Source: Vulcanimicrobiota bacterium (lineage in GTDB: Bacteria > Vulcanimicrobiota > Xenobia > Xenobiales > JADMJV01). From it: a stretch of 64,000 nt of DNA. Every line of letters starts with the position of its first letter. Within the stretch, counting starts at the first letter, position 1. The translations under genes and the position numbers were made by a program. The stretch is taken from positions 398,934 to 462,933 of the forward strand of contig JBFWNU010000004.1 in assembly GCA_050250895.1 (NCBI GenBank), read 5' to 3'. Below are positions 1-9,595 of this stretch, in pieces. Under the pieces are notes generated by a model. It worked only from the letters and a program-made list of their open reading frames with translations, was not told the origin of the DNA and did no database searches.

Positions 1-423
1 TTGGTCGGGCCCGATCGAATTCTTGATGGCCGACTCGAGCTTGGGAAAGGGCGTCAGAATCTCGCCGCGACCGGCCAGCCGGGGACATTGCTGGCGCTGC
101 CCGTGCAACAGCCGCCCCGAGCGCCGCGAGGCGGCTATCAGCTCGAGCACGTCGAGCAAGACCCCCGGGCCCAGCACCGAGCCTTTAGCCGCAGCCTTGA
201 TCGGGTCGCGCACATCCTGCAGGCCGCCCAGCGTCAGGCCCGAGCCCGACTCGACCAGCTCGAGCCCCTCGGCCACTTCGGCCTGGCGTTCGCTCAGGTC
301 GTAAAGATCGTTGCAGGGCTGGAAAGCCTCGAGGGTCTGGCGGCCGAGACTCCAATGGGTCTGGCGACAGACCAGCTCGAGCACGGCCGGAAACTCGAGC
401 ACTCTGAGGGCGTGGGAGTCCAT
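1..423 (-). CDS. mutS2: Endonuclease MutS2, N-terminal part (runs off window start)
   Basis: Manual translation from ATG at 423: MDSHALRVLEFPAVLE...LGGLQDVRDPIKAAAKGSVL...LESAIKNSIGPD, a typical MutS2 N-terminus. Absent from the ORF track because it has no stop in the window. Confidence 0.8.
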   Translation of the reverse strand, partial: MDSHALRVLEFPAVLELVCRQTHWSLGRQTLEAFQPCNDLYDLSERQAEVAEGLELVESGSGLTLGGLQDVRDPIKAAAKGSVLGPGVLLDVLELIAASRRSGRLLHGQRQQCPRLAGRGEILTPFPKLESAIKNSIGPDQ

Positions 424-461
424 GCCCGCGATGTTCCCACTCTCGAGTTCGAATCCTTCGC

Positions 462-1223
462 CTAACGTCCCAGCGCCTGGCGTACCAACTGCTCTCGCTC
501 GTGGCCGCCAGGGTGTTGCATATCGGCCTCCAGGCCGCCCAGGAACGCCAGTGCCGGAGCCGGATCGCAACCAAGCTGAGCCAACACTCCGGCGGCGAAG
601 GCGTCGGCCTCCCGTTCGTTCTGGTGGCGACCTTCGCGCAAGACCTTGAAGCTGAGGCTCTCTAGCTGGTCGTTGCCCTGGCAGCCGGCCAGGAAGGCCT
701 CGAGCCCGGCCACGCCCGCCTTGTCGCGATGCTGGCGATGGCCCTCTTCGTGGGCCAGAGTGAAGAGCAAGATGGTGTCGTCGGCCATGTCGCCGGCCAG
801 GCTGGCGGTGCCCAGATACATTTCGCGGCTGTCGGACTGGGCGTCGATGAAGCTCGACTCGAGCACCACCGGGGCCGGAAAGCTCGACTGACTGGCCTGG
901 GCCACCTGGCTCCAGGCCTGCTCGACTCGCGGGTCCTGGCGGTGCGGTAGGCTGGAGTACTGGTCGGCCAGATTATCGGCAAAAGCGGCATCTTCGGCCT
1001 GACTCACCAGGTTCTGGCCGATCTCTTGACTGAGGGCCGCCAGGGCCGGCACTTGGCTGGCTCCGGCAGCGGCCGAAACGGCCAGGACCATCTGTTGGAA
1101 ACGACGCGCCTGGTTACTCGGTTCGAAGCTATCGGCCGGCAAAGCCTCGAGCTGGTCAGCCGGGACGAGGGGACGGGCCCGTTCGCAGAAGGCGCGTTGA
1201 AACTGGAACGTGTCGATTCTCAC
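462..1223 (-). CDS. M48-family zinc metalloprotease-like protein
   Basis: LAHEEGH (HExxH), downstream EREADAFA and HP motif as in M48 peptidases; no clear signal peptide. Confidence 0.75.
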   Translation of the reverse strand: MRIDTFQFQRAFCERARPLVPADQLEALPADSFEPSNQARRFQQMVLAVSAAAGASQVPALAALSQEIGQNLVSQAEDAAFADNLADQYSSLPHRQDPRVEQAWSQVAQASQSSFPAPVVLESSFIDAQSDSREMYLGTASLAGDMADDTILLFTLAHEEGHRQHRDKAGVAGLEAFLAGCQGNDQLESLSFKVLREGRHQNEREADAFAAGVLAQLGCDPAPALAFLGGLEADMQHPGGHEREQLVRQALGR

Positions 1224-1303
1224 ATAGCGACTCTAGGCGAGCTGGTATGCTTTGTCCTGAACAAGCTGTGTCCAGACGACCAAAAGGAGCGCAACCACCG
1301 ACC

Positions 1304-1603
1304 ATGGAAAGATCCCGAATGGAATGGCGCTGTCCCGACTGCAACATGCTGGCGAACTCGGCGGTGTGCGAGTGCGGACGCCGGCAAAGTCGCCGATCAG
1401 CCTTCGGCAGCCCTTTGCAGCTGTTCTTTCTGGCGGCTCTGGTGACGTGCCTGGTGCTGGCGGCCTGGTGCGAGGCGCACTACTACAACCACGGCATCGA
1501 CTGGCTGGTAGCCGGACGCCAGATCCATGAGGTCTTCCAGGGACTGGCCATGGGCCTGGTCGTGGTCACCTTGATCTCGCTGGTGGATTGGCGGTCGGCC
1601 TGA
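1304..1603 (+). CDS. Small membrane protein with N-terminal Zn-ribbon-like motif
   Basis: WRCPDC...CECG followed by two hydrophobic helices; start uncertain (1304 or 1319). Confidence 0.55.
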   Translation: MERSRMEWRCPDCNMLANSAVCECGRRQSRRSAFGSPLQLFFLAALVTCLVLAAWCEAHYYNHGIDWLVAGRQIHEVFQGLAMGLVVVTLISLVDWRSA

Positions 1604-1933
1604 ATGAGCGATATCCCCCCGCCTTACAGTCCCGAGATCGAGGCGCGCATCGCCCAAATGGTAGCCCTCGGCTGGCGGCGTGACGATGTCTACGTGCGAG
1701 CCAATGGCGAGGTGTATCACGACCCGATGAGTGACGCTGTGGCCTATCTCTGCGCCGGCCATCACGCCAGCCTCGATTGCTACATGAACAGCCACCCCCA
1801 CCGCTTTCCGGTGCCCGAGCCCGTCGACGAAGCGAGTATCGAACTCCCTCCCGAGCCGTGGTGGATTCGGCTCAACTGGGCCATCATCGGCTACCTCGCC
1901 CGACTGGGCAGGGCCCAGAGGGAGAGTTCCTAG
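1604..1933 (+). CDS. Hypothetical protein
   Basis: ATG immediately after the upstream stop; 109 aa. Confidence 0.55.
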   Translation: MSDIPPPYSPEIEARIAQMVALGWRRDDVYVRANGEVYHDPMSDAVAYLCAGHHASLDCYMNSHPHRFPVPEPVDEASIELPPEPWWIRLNWAIIGYLARLGRAQRESS

Positions 1934-3150
1934 TCGCGAATGTCGAGTTCGATATCGCCCACGGTAATGACACCATCACCCAAATCGATGGTGGGAAGAG
2001 GGGCGTCGGGCTGGGCGGGGTCGCGCTCGAGAGCTTTCAATAGACCCATGCTGGAGAGGGCGTGTAGTCCGCCTTTGCGCGTAGCCAGGATGACCCGGTC
2101 CCCTTGCAGGGTCAAGCTGGAGGGGGTCTGTTTTTCGTCGGAGGTGTAGTTCCACAGCACCGAGCCGTCCTCGGGGCGCATGGCATAAACCTGACCTTCC
2201 TGGTCGCCCACCGCATAGACGGTGTCGTCAGGGCCAACCTGGACCCCGGAATGGGCTATGGGAAACTGCATCTGCTTGCTCCACAGTTCGTTGCCTTCGG
2301 CGTCGAGGCAAAACAGGGTGCGATCCCAGCTGCCGGCGTAGATGCGGGTGCCATCGTTGGAGAGAACCGGGGTCGAACTCAACGCAAACGAGTCTCGCTT
2401 GGAAAGGGATTCACGCTGCTCGGCGGTCATCTGGTCAAGCCGTTGATGAGCCTCGCCCGAGAACTCCCAGAGCGTATTTCCCTGGGTGTCCATCTTGCGG
2501 ATCTTGCCATTACCGGTGGTGAAGAGCAGGCCATCCTCGGTCGGAGTGACCCGCGTGCCCGCGTGCAATCCGTCGTAAGACGGAAACCCCCGGGACCACA
2601 AAAAGTTGCCGTCTTTGATGGCGGTGATGGAGCCATCGGCCTGATAGATGGTGTCGTCGGCGCCCACCGCCAGACCGCCGTGATGCCCGGTGTTTTGCCG
2701 AGTATAATGGGTCCAGCCCCGCTGACCGTCAAACTTGATGAGATGGACGTTGCCGGGCCAGCCCTCGGAATAGACCACGCCATCCTTAGACACAGCGCCA
2801 ATACGACCGGTAGGCGGGGCCGGCAGGTCTTCTTTACTGATGCTCCACTGGGGCTGGCCGTCTTTGCGGTCCAGGCAAACCAGGGGAGCCTCGCTCGTCG
2901 TAACGATGACGGCCTCGCTGGTAACCAGCGGGGAGGCGGCCATGGCCAGGCCTTTCATCTCTTTTTGCCACTGGACTTCGGCGTTGTCGGGATTCATGGC
3001 GATAAGAGCCCGGTCGGTGGGCACGTAGAGCGTTCCGTCATCGCCCACGCTGGGCGGGGCCACGATATCGCGGTCGAGCTTGACCGACCATTCCTCGACC
3101 GTGCTGCGCTTGGGGTCGAGGACCACAGAGATGGGGTTGGAGCCTATCAT
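1930..3150 (-). CDS. PQQ-like beta-propeller repeat protein
   Basis: Repeated P-x-VGxDGT(L/I/V)Y...DG...W units; C-terminal ITVGDIELDIRD motif. Confidence 0.8.
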   Translation of the reverse strand: MIGSNPISVVLDPKRSTVEEWSVKLDRDIVAPPSVGDDGTLYVPTDRALIAMNPDNAEVQWQKEMKGLAMAASPLVTSEAVIVTTSEAPLVCLDRKDGQPQWSISKEDLPAPPTGRIGAVSKDGVVYSEGWPGNVHLIKFDGQRGWTHYTRQNTGHHGGLAVGADDTIYQADGSITAIKDGNFLWSRGFPSYDGLHAGTRVTPTEDGLLFTTGNGKIRKMDTQGNTLWEFSGEAHQRLDQMTAEQRESLSKRDSFALSSTPVLSNDGTRIYAGSWDRTLFCLDAEGNELWSKQMQFPIAHSGVQVGPDDTVYAVGDQEGQVYAMRPEDGSVLWNYTSDEKQTPSSLTLQGDRVILATRKGGLHALSSMGLLKALERDPAQPDAPLPTIDLGDGVITVGDIELDIRD

Positions 3151-3173
3151 CTCATGAGCCTAAAGCGCCCGGC

Positions 3174-3422
3174 TTAACGGGTTCTTAAATAACGGAGAAA
3201 ATCCCACAGGCCAGCGAAACGGTAGTCGCCGTCGATGTAATGCTCGATGACGTAGAAGGCGAAGTAGTAGGCCCGGGCAAAGGCCCAGATAGCCAGCGCC
3301 AGCATCCCGGCTACCATGGGCTCGGGATGAAGCAGCAGCAGATTGAGCGCCGCCATCAACCCCAGCAGTAGAAAAAGCACACCTTTGGCATAGAGCCACT
3401 TCGGATTCTCGAGATCGCCCAT
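3174..3422 (-). CDS. Small membrane protein
   Basis: MGDLENPKWLYAKGVLFL...WAFARAYYFAFYVIEHYID; two TM segments. Confidence 0.65.
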   Translation of the reverse strand: MGDLENPKWLYAKGVLFLLLGLMAALNLLLLHPEPMVAGMLALAIWAFARAYYFAFYVIEHYIDGDYRFAGLWDFLRYLRTR

Positions 3423-3501
3423 CACCCGATTTATACCCCCAGGTTGCACTTCTCGGAAGTTTTCCACAAGGATTTGAGGATTTTTCAAGGAATCTAAGGG
3501 A

Positions 3502-5271
3502 ATGGATTTATTGGGCTTGGTAGAGCAAGCGGCCGATGGAGACGTGCTGCAGCTCGAGGGTGTCTATTCTTTGGCCGAGCCGCTGGTCTTGACGCGGGCA
3601 GTGAGCCTGGTGGGCCAGGCGGCCACCATCGTGTCCGAGAGTCCTGACGTGGTGGTGCGGCTGGTGGGTCCCGGCCCTTTCAGTTTTCATGACATCCGTT
3701 TCGAATATCGCGGCCAAGAGCCGGCCCGGGTGGTCTGGCTCGAATCGGGTCGAGCCGACTTCGAGCGCTGTCGCTTCAGCGGCGGCCATTGGAATGACGA
3801 GCGTGGCTATGGCTGCGGTCTGCACCTGGGCGGCCAGAGCCAGGCCAGAGTGCGCCAATGCCAGTTCTTTGAAAACGATGTGGGGGTGCTGGTCGACCAC
3901 CAGGCTCGGCCTTTACTCGAGGGTTGCCGGTTCACCGATAATCGTCTCGACGGTTTGCGTTTTCGTGGCTATTCGGGCGGTCGGGCGGTGCAGAACGAAT
4001 GTCGAGGCAACGGCTGGTCGGGTATTTCGGTGGCCGGCGAGGCGACCCCCGAGCTGGTCAGCAACTTCTGCTCCGAGAACGGGAGCAGCGGTATCCTCTA
4101 TCGCGAGCGAGGCAGCGGCATCGGTTCGTCCAACGAGTGTTCGCACAACGCCCACCACGGCATCAGCTTGAGCGAATACTGCCGCCCCTTGCTCAAAGCC
4201 AACCAGTGCGAAGAGAACCAGCTCTGCGGCATCGACCTGGGGGATCAGTCGCGCGGCGTGTTGCAATCGAATCTTTGTTGCGGCAACGGCGTGCACGGCA
4301 TGCAGGTGCGCGATGAGGCCGATCCCGTCCTGGAAGACAACGAGTGCATGGAGAACGCCAGCTCGGGGCTGGCCATTTTCGGAGCCTCGCGAGCCGTGTG
4401 CCGGCGCAACGTGTTGACCCAGAACGCCTGCTACGGCCTGCAAGTGAGCCAGGACGCCTCGCCCGTGCTCGTCGAGAACCACGCCGTGGGTAATCGTCTG
4501 TCGGGGTTCGGCTTCTTTGGCCAGGCGGGCGGCCTGGGGGCCGCCAACGAGTGCAGCGAAAACCACGGCTACGGGGTGCAACTGTCGGGCACCGCAGCCC
4601 CCATCCTGGGCGATCAGCTCTGCACTCAAAACCAGCGCGGGGGCCTCCTGGCAGCCGAAGAGAGCCGTCCCCTCGTGCGGGGCGGCCAGTTCAGCAAGAA
4701 CGAAAAGCACGGCCTGGTGGTCAACGACCGCTCCCGCCCCCTGTTGCACGGAGCCAAAGCCGCCAGCAATGCCGAAGACGGCGTGGTCTTCGTGGGCCGA
4801 GCCGGGGGCGAGGCGCTGGCGGTCGAGGCCAGCGAGAACGGCCGCCACGGAATGTCCATCGGCCCCAAGACCTCACCCCTGCTCGAAGGCTGCAACTGCA
4901 ACCAGAACCAGGCAGCCGATACCAGCAACCAATCGGGCAAGGCCCGCACAGCCTCGCGGGGCGGCGAACACGAACCACTGCCCGAGGGCTTCGAGGTGGC
5001 CATCGAAAGCGGCGAATCGCTGCGTCTGCCGTTCGAACCCAAGGGAGTGGAAAAGTTGATTCTCGAGGCTCTACTAAAGCACGGTCGCTTGAGCGAGGCA
5101 TCCCTTGCCAAGGTGGCCCGCACCCGCCGCATCGGGGGAGCCATGGAGAACTTGCTCGAGCGCCTCAATCAGGCCGGGCTGCGCTATATTCGGCGCGACG
5201 GCGAGGGGCCCGAGGGCAACGTCTACGCGCTCAGCCGCGACACCAACCAATCAGGGAGACAAGCATGCTAG
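3502..5271 (+). CDS. Right-handed parallel beta-helix repeat protein with C-terminal winged-helix domain
   Basis: Many ~23-aa N.C..N...G(I/L) repeats; C-terminal EKLILEALLKHGRLSEASLAKVARTRRIGGAMENL...GEGPEGNVYAL. Confidence 0.85.
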   Translation: MDLLGLVEQAADGDVLQLEGVYSLAEPLVLTRAVSLVGQAATIVSESPDVVVRLVGPGPFSFHDIRFEYRGQEPARVVWLESGRADFERCRFSGGHWNDERGYGCGLHLGGQSQARVRQCQFFENDVGVLVDHQARPLLEGCRFTDNRLDGLRFRGYSGGRAVQNECRGNGWSGISVAGEATPELVSNFCSENGSSGILYRERGSGIGSSNECSHNAHHGISLSEYCRPLLKANQCEENQLCGIDLGDQSRGVLQSNLCCGNGVHGMQVRDEADPVLEDNECMENASSGLAIFGASRAVCRRNVLTQNACYGLQVSQDASPVLVENHAVGNRLSGFGFFGQAGGLGAANECSENHGYGVQLSGTAAPILGDQLCTQNQRGGLLAAEESRPLVRGGQFSKNEKHGLVVNDRSRPLLHGAKAASNAEDGVVFVGRAGGEALAVEASENGRHGMSIGPKTSPLLEGCNCNQNQAADTSNQSGKARTASRGGEHEPLPEGFEVAIESGESLRLPFEPKGVEKLILEALLKHGRLSEASLAKVARTRRIGGAMENLLERLNQAGLRYIRRDGEGPEGNVYALSRDTNQSGRQAC

Positions 5272-6569
5272 CCAGTTTAAGCCGCGACACGGCCACTTCG
5301 ATCATCAACGCGCTGCGTTCGGGAACCGTCCCTTTTGACGGGCTCGAGCACTATGCGGTGGGCCTCGAGCGCCAGATGGAGGTGCTGCGCGAGCAGCGCG
5401 AGTACGTGGCCGGTGGTCACTCGGCCTATAAGTGCATTCGGGGCGCTTACGGGTCGGGCAAGACCTTTCTCTCGAGCCTGGCCGCGGCCGAAGCTGCCGA
5501 CGCCAAGTTTCTGACCAGTAAAGTGGTCATCTCGGCCGCCGATACGCCGCTCCATAAGCTCAAAGAAGTCTATCGCCGCTTCTGCCAGAACCTTTCTCTG
5601 GCCGACCGCCGAGGGGGCGCCCTGCAGACCCTGGTCGACCGCTGGCTCTATCGCCTCGAGGACCAGGTCATCGAGGTCGATGGAGTGGCTGAGGACGACC
5701 CCGACTTCGCCGAGGTGGTGGCCCGCAAGGTCGACATGAGCCTGGTGCGCATCGGAGAACGGGCGGGCCGCCTGGCCGTCACCCTCAAAGCCTATCACAA
5801 AGCCAAGTACGACAGTCGCTTCTCGGACGCACGGGGCTTGCTCGATTGGGTCTCGGGCGAACCCAAGGTGGGGGCCGACGTCAAGCGCCTGGCCTCGGTG
5901 ACCGGCCAGATCGACAACACCGACGCCCTGGTCTTTCTGCGCGGTTGGCTGGAACTGGCGGAGGCGGCCGGCTACGCCGGGGTGTTGCTGGTGCTCGACG
6001 AAGTCGAGACCATCCTGCGCCTGCGCCGGCCCGAGCGGCTCAAATCGCTCGAAGTGTTGCGCCAGTTGATCGACGCCGTCGAGAATCAAGAACTGCCGGG
6101 GTTGCACCTGCTGATCACCGGCACCCCCGACTTCTTCGAAAGTTCCCAGGGGGTCCCGTCGCTGGTGCCCCTGCACGAGCGCATCCGCCAGACCCACCGC
6201 GACGGCGAGCCCGAGAACTTTCGCCAACCCCAGATCACGTTGCCCACCCTCGACGCCGAGCGTCTGCGCCAGGTGGCCACGCGGGTGCGGGCCATCTATC
6301 CGGCCGAACATGGCGAGCGGTTGAGCAAGCGAGTACCCGACAGCTATGTGTTGCAACTGGTGGACCAGATGACGGCCGGCTTCGGTGGTCGCATCGAGGT
6401 GTTGCCGCGCTTGTTCCTGCGCGAATTCGTGCACATCCTCGACCTGGTCGACCAGCACTCAGACTACGATCCGGCTCAAGCCTATCGCTTTGATGTGGCC
6501 GGACTGAGCGAACTCAGGCCCGAAGAGGAAGAGGCCATTCAAGCGGCCGGGCGCGAGGTTCTCATCTAG
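5265..6569 (+). CDS. brxD: BREX system ATP-binding protein BrxD (DUF2791-type), copy 1
   Basis: IINALRSGTVP..GL...AVGL N-terminus, Walker A GAYGSGKT, Walker B LVLDEVE, LITGTPDFF, PRLFLR; ATG at 5265 overlaps the upstream gene end. Confidence 0.85.
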   Translation: MLASLSRDTATSIINALRSGTVPFDGLEHYAVGLERQMEVLREQREYVAGGHSAYKCIRGAYGSGKTFLSSLAAAEAADAKFLTSKVVISAADTPLHKLKEVYRRFCQNLSLADRRGGALQTLVDRWLYRLEDQVIEVDGVAEDDPDFAEVVARKVDMSLVRIGERAGRLAVTLKAYHKAKYDSRFSDARGLLDWVSGEPKVGADVKRLASVTGQIDNTDALVFLRGWLELAEAAGYAGVLLVLDEVETILRLRRPERLKSLEVLRQLIDAVENQELPGLHLLITGTPDFFESSQGVPSLVPLHERIRQTHRDGEPENFRQPQITLPTLDAERLRQVATRVRAIYPAEHGERLSKRVPDSYVLQLVDQMTAGFGGRIEVLPRLFLREFVHILDLVDQHSDYDPAQAYRFDVAGLSELRPEEEEAIQAAGREVLI

Positions 6570-6581
6570 TCCGCGCTGCAG

Positions 6582-8531
6582 TTAGAACTGCTGCCAGAGC
6601 AGCACGCGGCTCTTCTCGGCCGGGTCGAAGACCTGATTGAGGTCGAGATTGATCAAGTAGAACTCTTTGCCGTTCTTGATGGTGGGCTTGAGCAGCGAGT
6701 CGAGATAGGCTTCGACCTTCATGTCATCGACCTTGACGGCCGGCTGAAAAGTGTGAGTCGAACTCGAAGAGGTCTTGGTGGTCTTGGACGAGAGCCCGAA
6801 CCAGGAACTCTCCTTCTTCTTGTATTCGGTGGTTACCGTGTATTCCACCGGCGCGCCGGCCGAGGCCTGGGCCACTGCGGCCCAGTTGGCAACTTCGGCC
6901 AGCACCGTCTCGCGAGAAACGTTATTGCCGCGATAATAGTTGACATAGACCGTCTTGTCTTCAATAGTGAAGGGGTACTTGTCGAGCTGGAAATTGGCCG
7001 CATCTTCAACTGGGATGGCCGAGGCATCGGTATACATGTTGCCTCGCGAGAAAGCGCCTTGAATAGCCACCGAGAAGCGCTCTTCACCGGTCTCGGTGGC
7101 GGGCATTCGATGGCCTGACACCGCCAGCCCGGCCACCACCGAGTCGGCCAGCTTGGCCTTGTCGGCGGCGCTGATGATGTTGGTGGTGGTGGTGTCTTTA
7201 TCGCCCCAGCCGAGGAACCGGTCGTCGTCTTCATCCTCTTTGCTGGTGGTATCGGGCAGCGTGCTCTTGGTGACATCGGGCACGCCGACCGCAAAACTCA
7301 CCGAGATGGGCGTCTTGACCAGGGTGACGTTGTCGAGGCGCAACTTTCCTTTCCCTTTGGGGCCGTTGGCCACGGCCGCTCCCACCACCGTGATGTCCTT
7401 GGCCCACAGGTCGCCTTCGGAATAGACCAGTCCGTTAAAGAAGTTGCCACTCTTGCTCAGGCCGTGAAGGGTGATATCGCCTTTGGAGACCAGCGCCACC
7501 ACATCGGTGGCCGAAATCTCGGCGCCCTCTTTGATCGACACTTCACCGAGCGAGAAAATCGCGCCGTTGCCGTAGACCTTGCCGGTCACGTCGACATCGC
7601 CCCGCACATACAGCAGGCCACCGTTGAGGTGAATGTTGCCATTGACCCTGAGGTCGCCCAGGGCCTCGGTGAAGAAGTCGACCTCTAAATTGGTAAGGGT
7701 CGGCGACCCATCGAGGATCTGATCGTTGCCTTTGATCTCGTCAAGCTTGGCAAAGATGTTGTCCACATCCAGGTCGGGCATGGTCTGCTCACCCGAGTGC
7801 TCGCGCACCTCGCCGGCCACTTTGACCGAGGTATCGAGGTCGATGCTTCCTACTGCCATGACGTCGCCCATCACGGTCGAGGTTGGCCCGATAGAAACGG
7901 CCTTGTCCCCGGCAAAGTTACTGGCCACATGGGCCATATCCAAATCCGCCGGGTCGAGGGTGGTGGCTTTGCCGGTGTCGGCAAAAGCCTGGGTAGAAGC
8001 CACTCCTGCAACCAGCAGCCCGCCCGACGAGGTCAGGGGTCCGGTCGAAGCCAGAGCGTTGGGATAAGGAGGGATGTAGTAAATGGCTTCCATCTGGTAG
8101 CGGGCGTTCTTGCACTTGCCCACGGCCACCAGGTGCACGGCGCTGTCGGGAATCTGCCGGCCGTTGGCCCCCTCGACCGAGGTCGGCTCTTCGAAATTAT
8201 TGGTCGAGAAGGGCAACTTCAGATCGGAGGCCTGCTTCTTGCTGAAGGTCAGCCAACCATCGGCCTCGTCAGGAGCGAAGCTGGATGGGATGTGAATGGT
8301 CTGGTCATCAGCCCGGGCCTTGCCGAACGTCTGGTCCATCCAGATGCGTCCCAGCGCCGTGGCCACCGCCGACTCGGCCAGATTGCGGGCTTCGCGCTGG
8401 TCCACCACCGTGTTGCTGAAATTGAGGTGGAAGAAGGAAACGGCCACCACGGTAAACAGCGCCAGGGTAATGATGGTAACCAGCAGTAGAACAGAACCGA
8501 TTGTGAGACCGCGTGCTCCCCTGCGAACCAT
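6582..8531 (-). CDS. PilX-like N-terminal membrane-anchored protein
   Basis: RG-L-hydrophobic helix then EARNLAESAV, typical of PilX N-terminal domains; G-rich beta-strand repeats follow. Confidence 0.6.
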   Translation of the reverse strand: MVRRGARGLTIGSVLLLVTIITLALFTVVAVSFFHLNFSNTVVDQREARNLAESAVATALGRIWMDQTFGKARADDQTIHIPSSFAPDEADGWLTFSKKQASDLKLPFSTNNFEEPTSVEGANGRQIPDSAVHLVAVGKCKNARYQMEAIYYIPPYPNALASTGPLTSSGGLLVAGVASTQAFADTGKATTLDPADLDMAHVASNFAGDKAVSIGPTSTVMGDVMAVGSIDLDTSVKVAGEVREHSGEQTMPDLDVDNIFAKLDEIKGNDQILDGSPTLTNLEVDFFTEALGDLRVNGNIHLNGGLLYVRGDVDVTGKVYGNGAIFSLGEVSIKEGAEISATDVVALVSKGDITLHGLSKSGNFFNGLVYSEGDLWAKDITVVGAAVANGPKGKGKLRLDNVTLVKTPISVSFAVGVPDVTKSTLPDTTSKEDEDDDRFLGWGDKDTTTTNIISAADKAKLADSVVAGLAVSGHRMPATETGEERFSVAIQGAFSRGNMYTDASAIPVEDAANFQLDKYPFTIEDKTVYVNYYRGNNVSRETVLAEVANWAAVAQASAGAPVEYTVTTEYKKKESSWFGLSSKTTKTSSSSTHTFQPAVKVDDMKVEAYLDSLLKPTIKNGKEFYLINLDLNQVFDPAEKSRVLLWQQF

Positions 8532-8677
8532 ACACCAAAGTATATCACGATCGACCAGCGCTGGACCAGTTCATCTAAAATTAACATCCCCCAACACTTT
8601 TCCAAGGGATGCTCCGGAGGCACCCGGTAGACTGAAACCATGGCAGGAGAGTTTGCGCTTATTGTGGGCGGCCGGCG

Positions 8678-9553
8678 ATGAATGCGGTCAGAACCCATCG
8701 CCCGACCGCCGGGCCCACTCTCCCGGCCGCGCGCCCGCGCCCGGCCGGGCCTGCGCTCAGCGGCACCGCTGACACAGGGCTCAAGGCGCAGCGCCTCTCT
8801 GAGCTGCGCGACCAGAAACCGACCACCCCGGCGGGCCAGAACCCCACTCTCGCCAGCCAGGCCGAAAGGGCTAGGGCAGGCCTGGGCCAAGCCTTCGAGC
8901 TAAAGAAGCCGGTCACGCTCAAGAATGGAGTCACCGTGGTCAAAAGCGCCGACCTCAGCGACGGCTCGGGCCTATATGACCTGAATGTGGGCGGCCACAA
9001 AGTGGGGGTCCGTTTCGACCAGGGAATCGACGCAGGCACAAAGCTGCCGCAATTGGCCGACTACCTCGAGCAGACACCCGAACACTTGCGCAAAGAGCTT
9101 GGTTTTATCAACTTTCAGAACGGGGCCAATCCCAAGGACGCTGAAATCGCCAAGAAGTTTGGAGTCGAAGAGTTTCAGACCTGGGCTACCGCCGATGACC
9201 ACGCCATCAACGTCTACCACGGCGGAAAATTCTTCGGTCAACGCGAGTTCGACCACGAGCTGGGCCATCTGGTGGGCGCCCGTCGCAGCGGCCACGACGA
9301 ACTGGTCGACTGGGTCAATCTGCGCCACGACCCCCACAACACACCGGTTGGTTGGGGGGCCCGCAAAGCCTACGACCATAAAGAGGTTTCTGACTACGGA
9401 AAGCTGTCGCTCGGCGAGGACTTCGCCGAGGGCTATGCCGACTACATGCAGGCTCGCCGTCAGGGCCCCGAAGCCTGGCAGGCGTTCGGACAGAAGTTTC
9501 CCAGCCGGACGGCCCTGCTCGAGCGCATCGTGACCAACGGAGACACCCGCTGA
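8678..9553 (+). CDS. Zinc metallopeptidase-like protein (HExxH...EDFAE)
   Basis: FDHELGH and VSDYG..SLGEDFAE motifs; low-complexity N-terminus without a signal peptide. Confidence 0.7.
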   Translation: MNAVRTHRPTAGPTLPAARPRPAGPALSGTADTGLKAQRLSELRDQKPTTPAGQNPTLASQAERARAGLGQAFELKKPVTLKNGVTVVKSADLSDGSGLYDLNVGGHKVGVRFDQGIDAGTKLPQLADYLEQTPEHLRKELGFINFQNGANPKDAEIAKKFGVEEFQTWATADDHAINVYHGGKFFGQREFDHELGHLVGARRSGHDELVDWVNLRHDPHNTPVGWGARKAYDHKEVSDYGKLSLGEDFAEGYADYMQARRQGPEAWQAFGQKFPSRTALLERIVTNGDTR

Positions 9554-9595
9554 CACTCCGCCAAGACAGGGTTTGCCCAGGCCTGGCAGAAATCC

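Noticed and set aside
4551-5264. N-terminal extensions of the 672-aa ORF (4551) and likewise the 638-aa ORF (41129)
   Set aside because: They are Arg/Pro-rich off-frame overlaps of real upstream genes; the plausible starts are 5265 and 41684.
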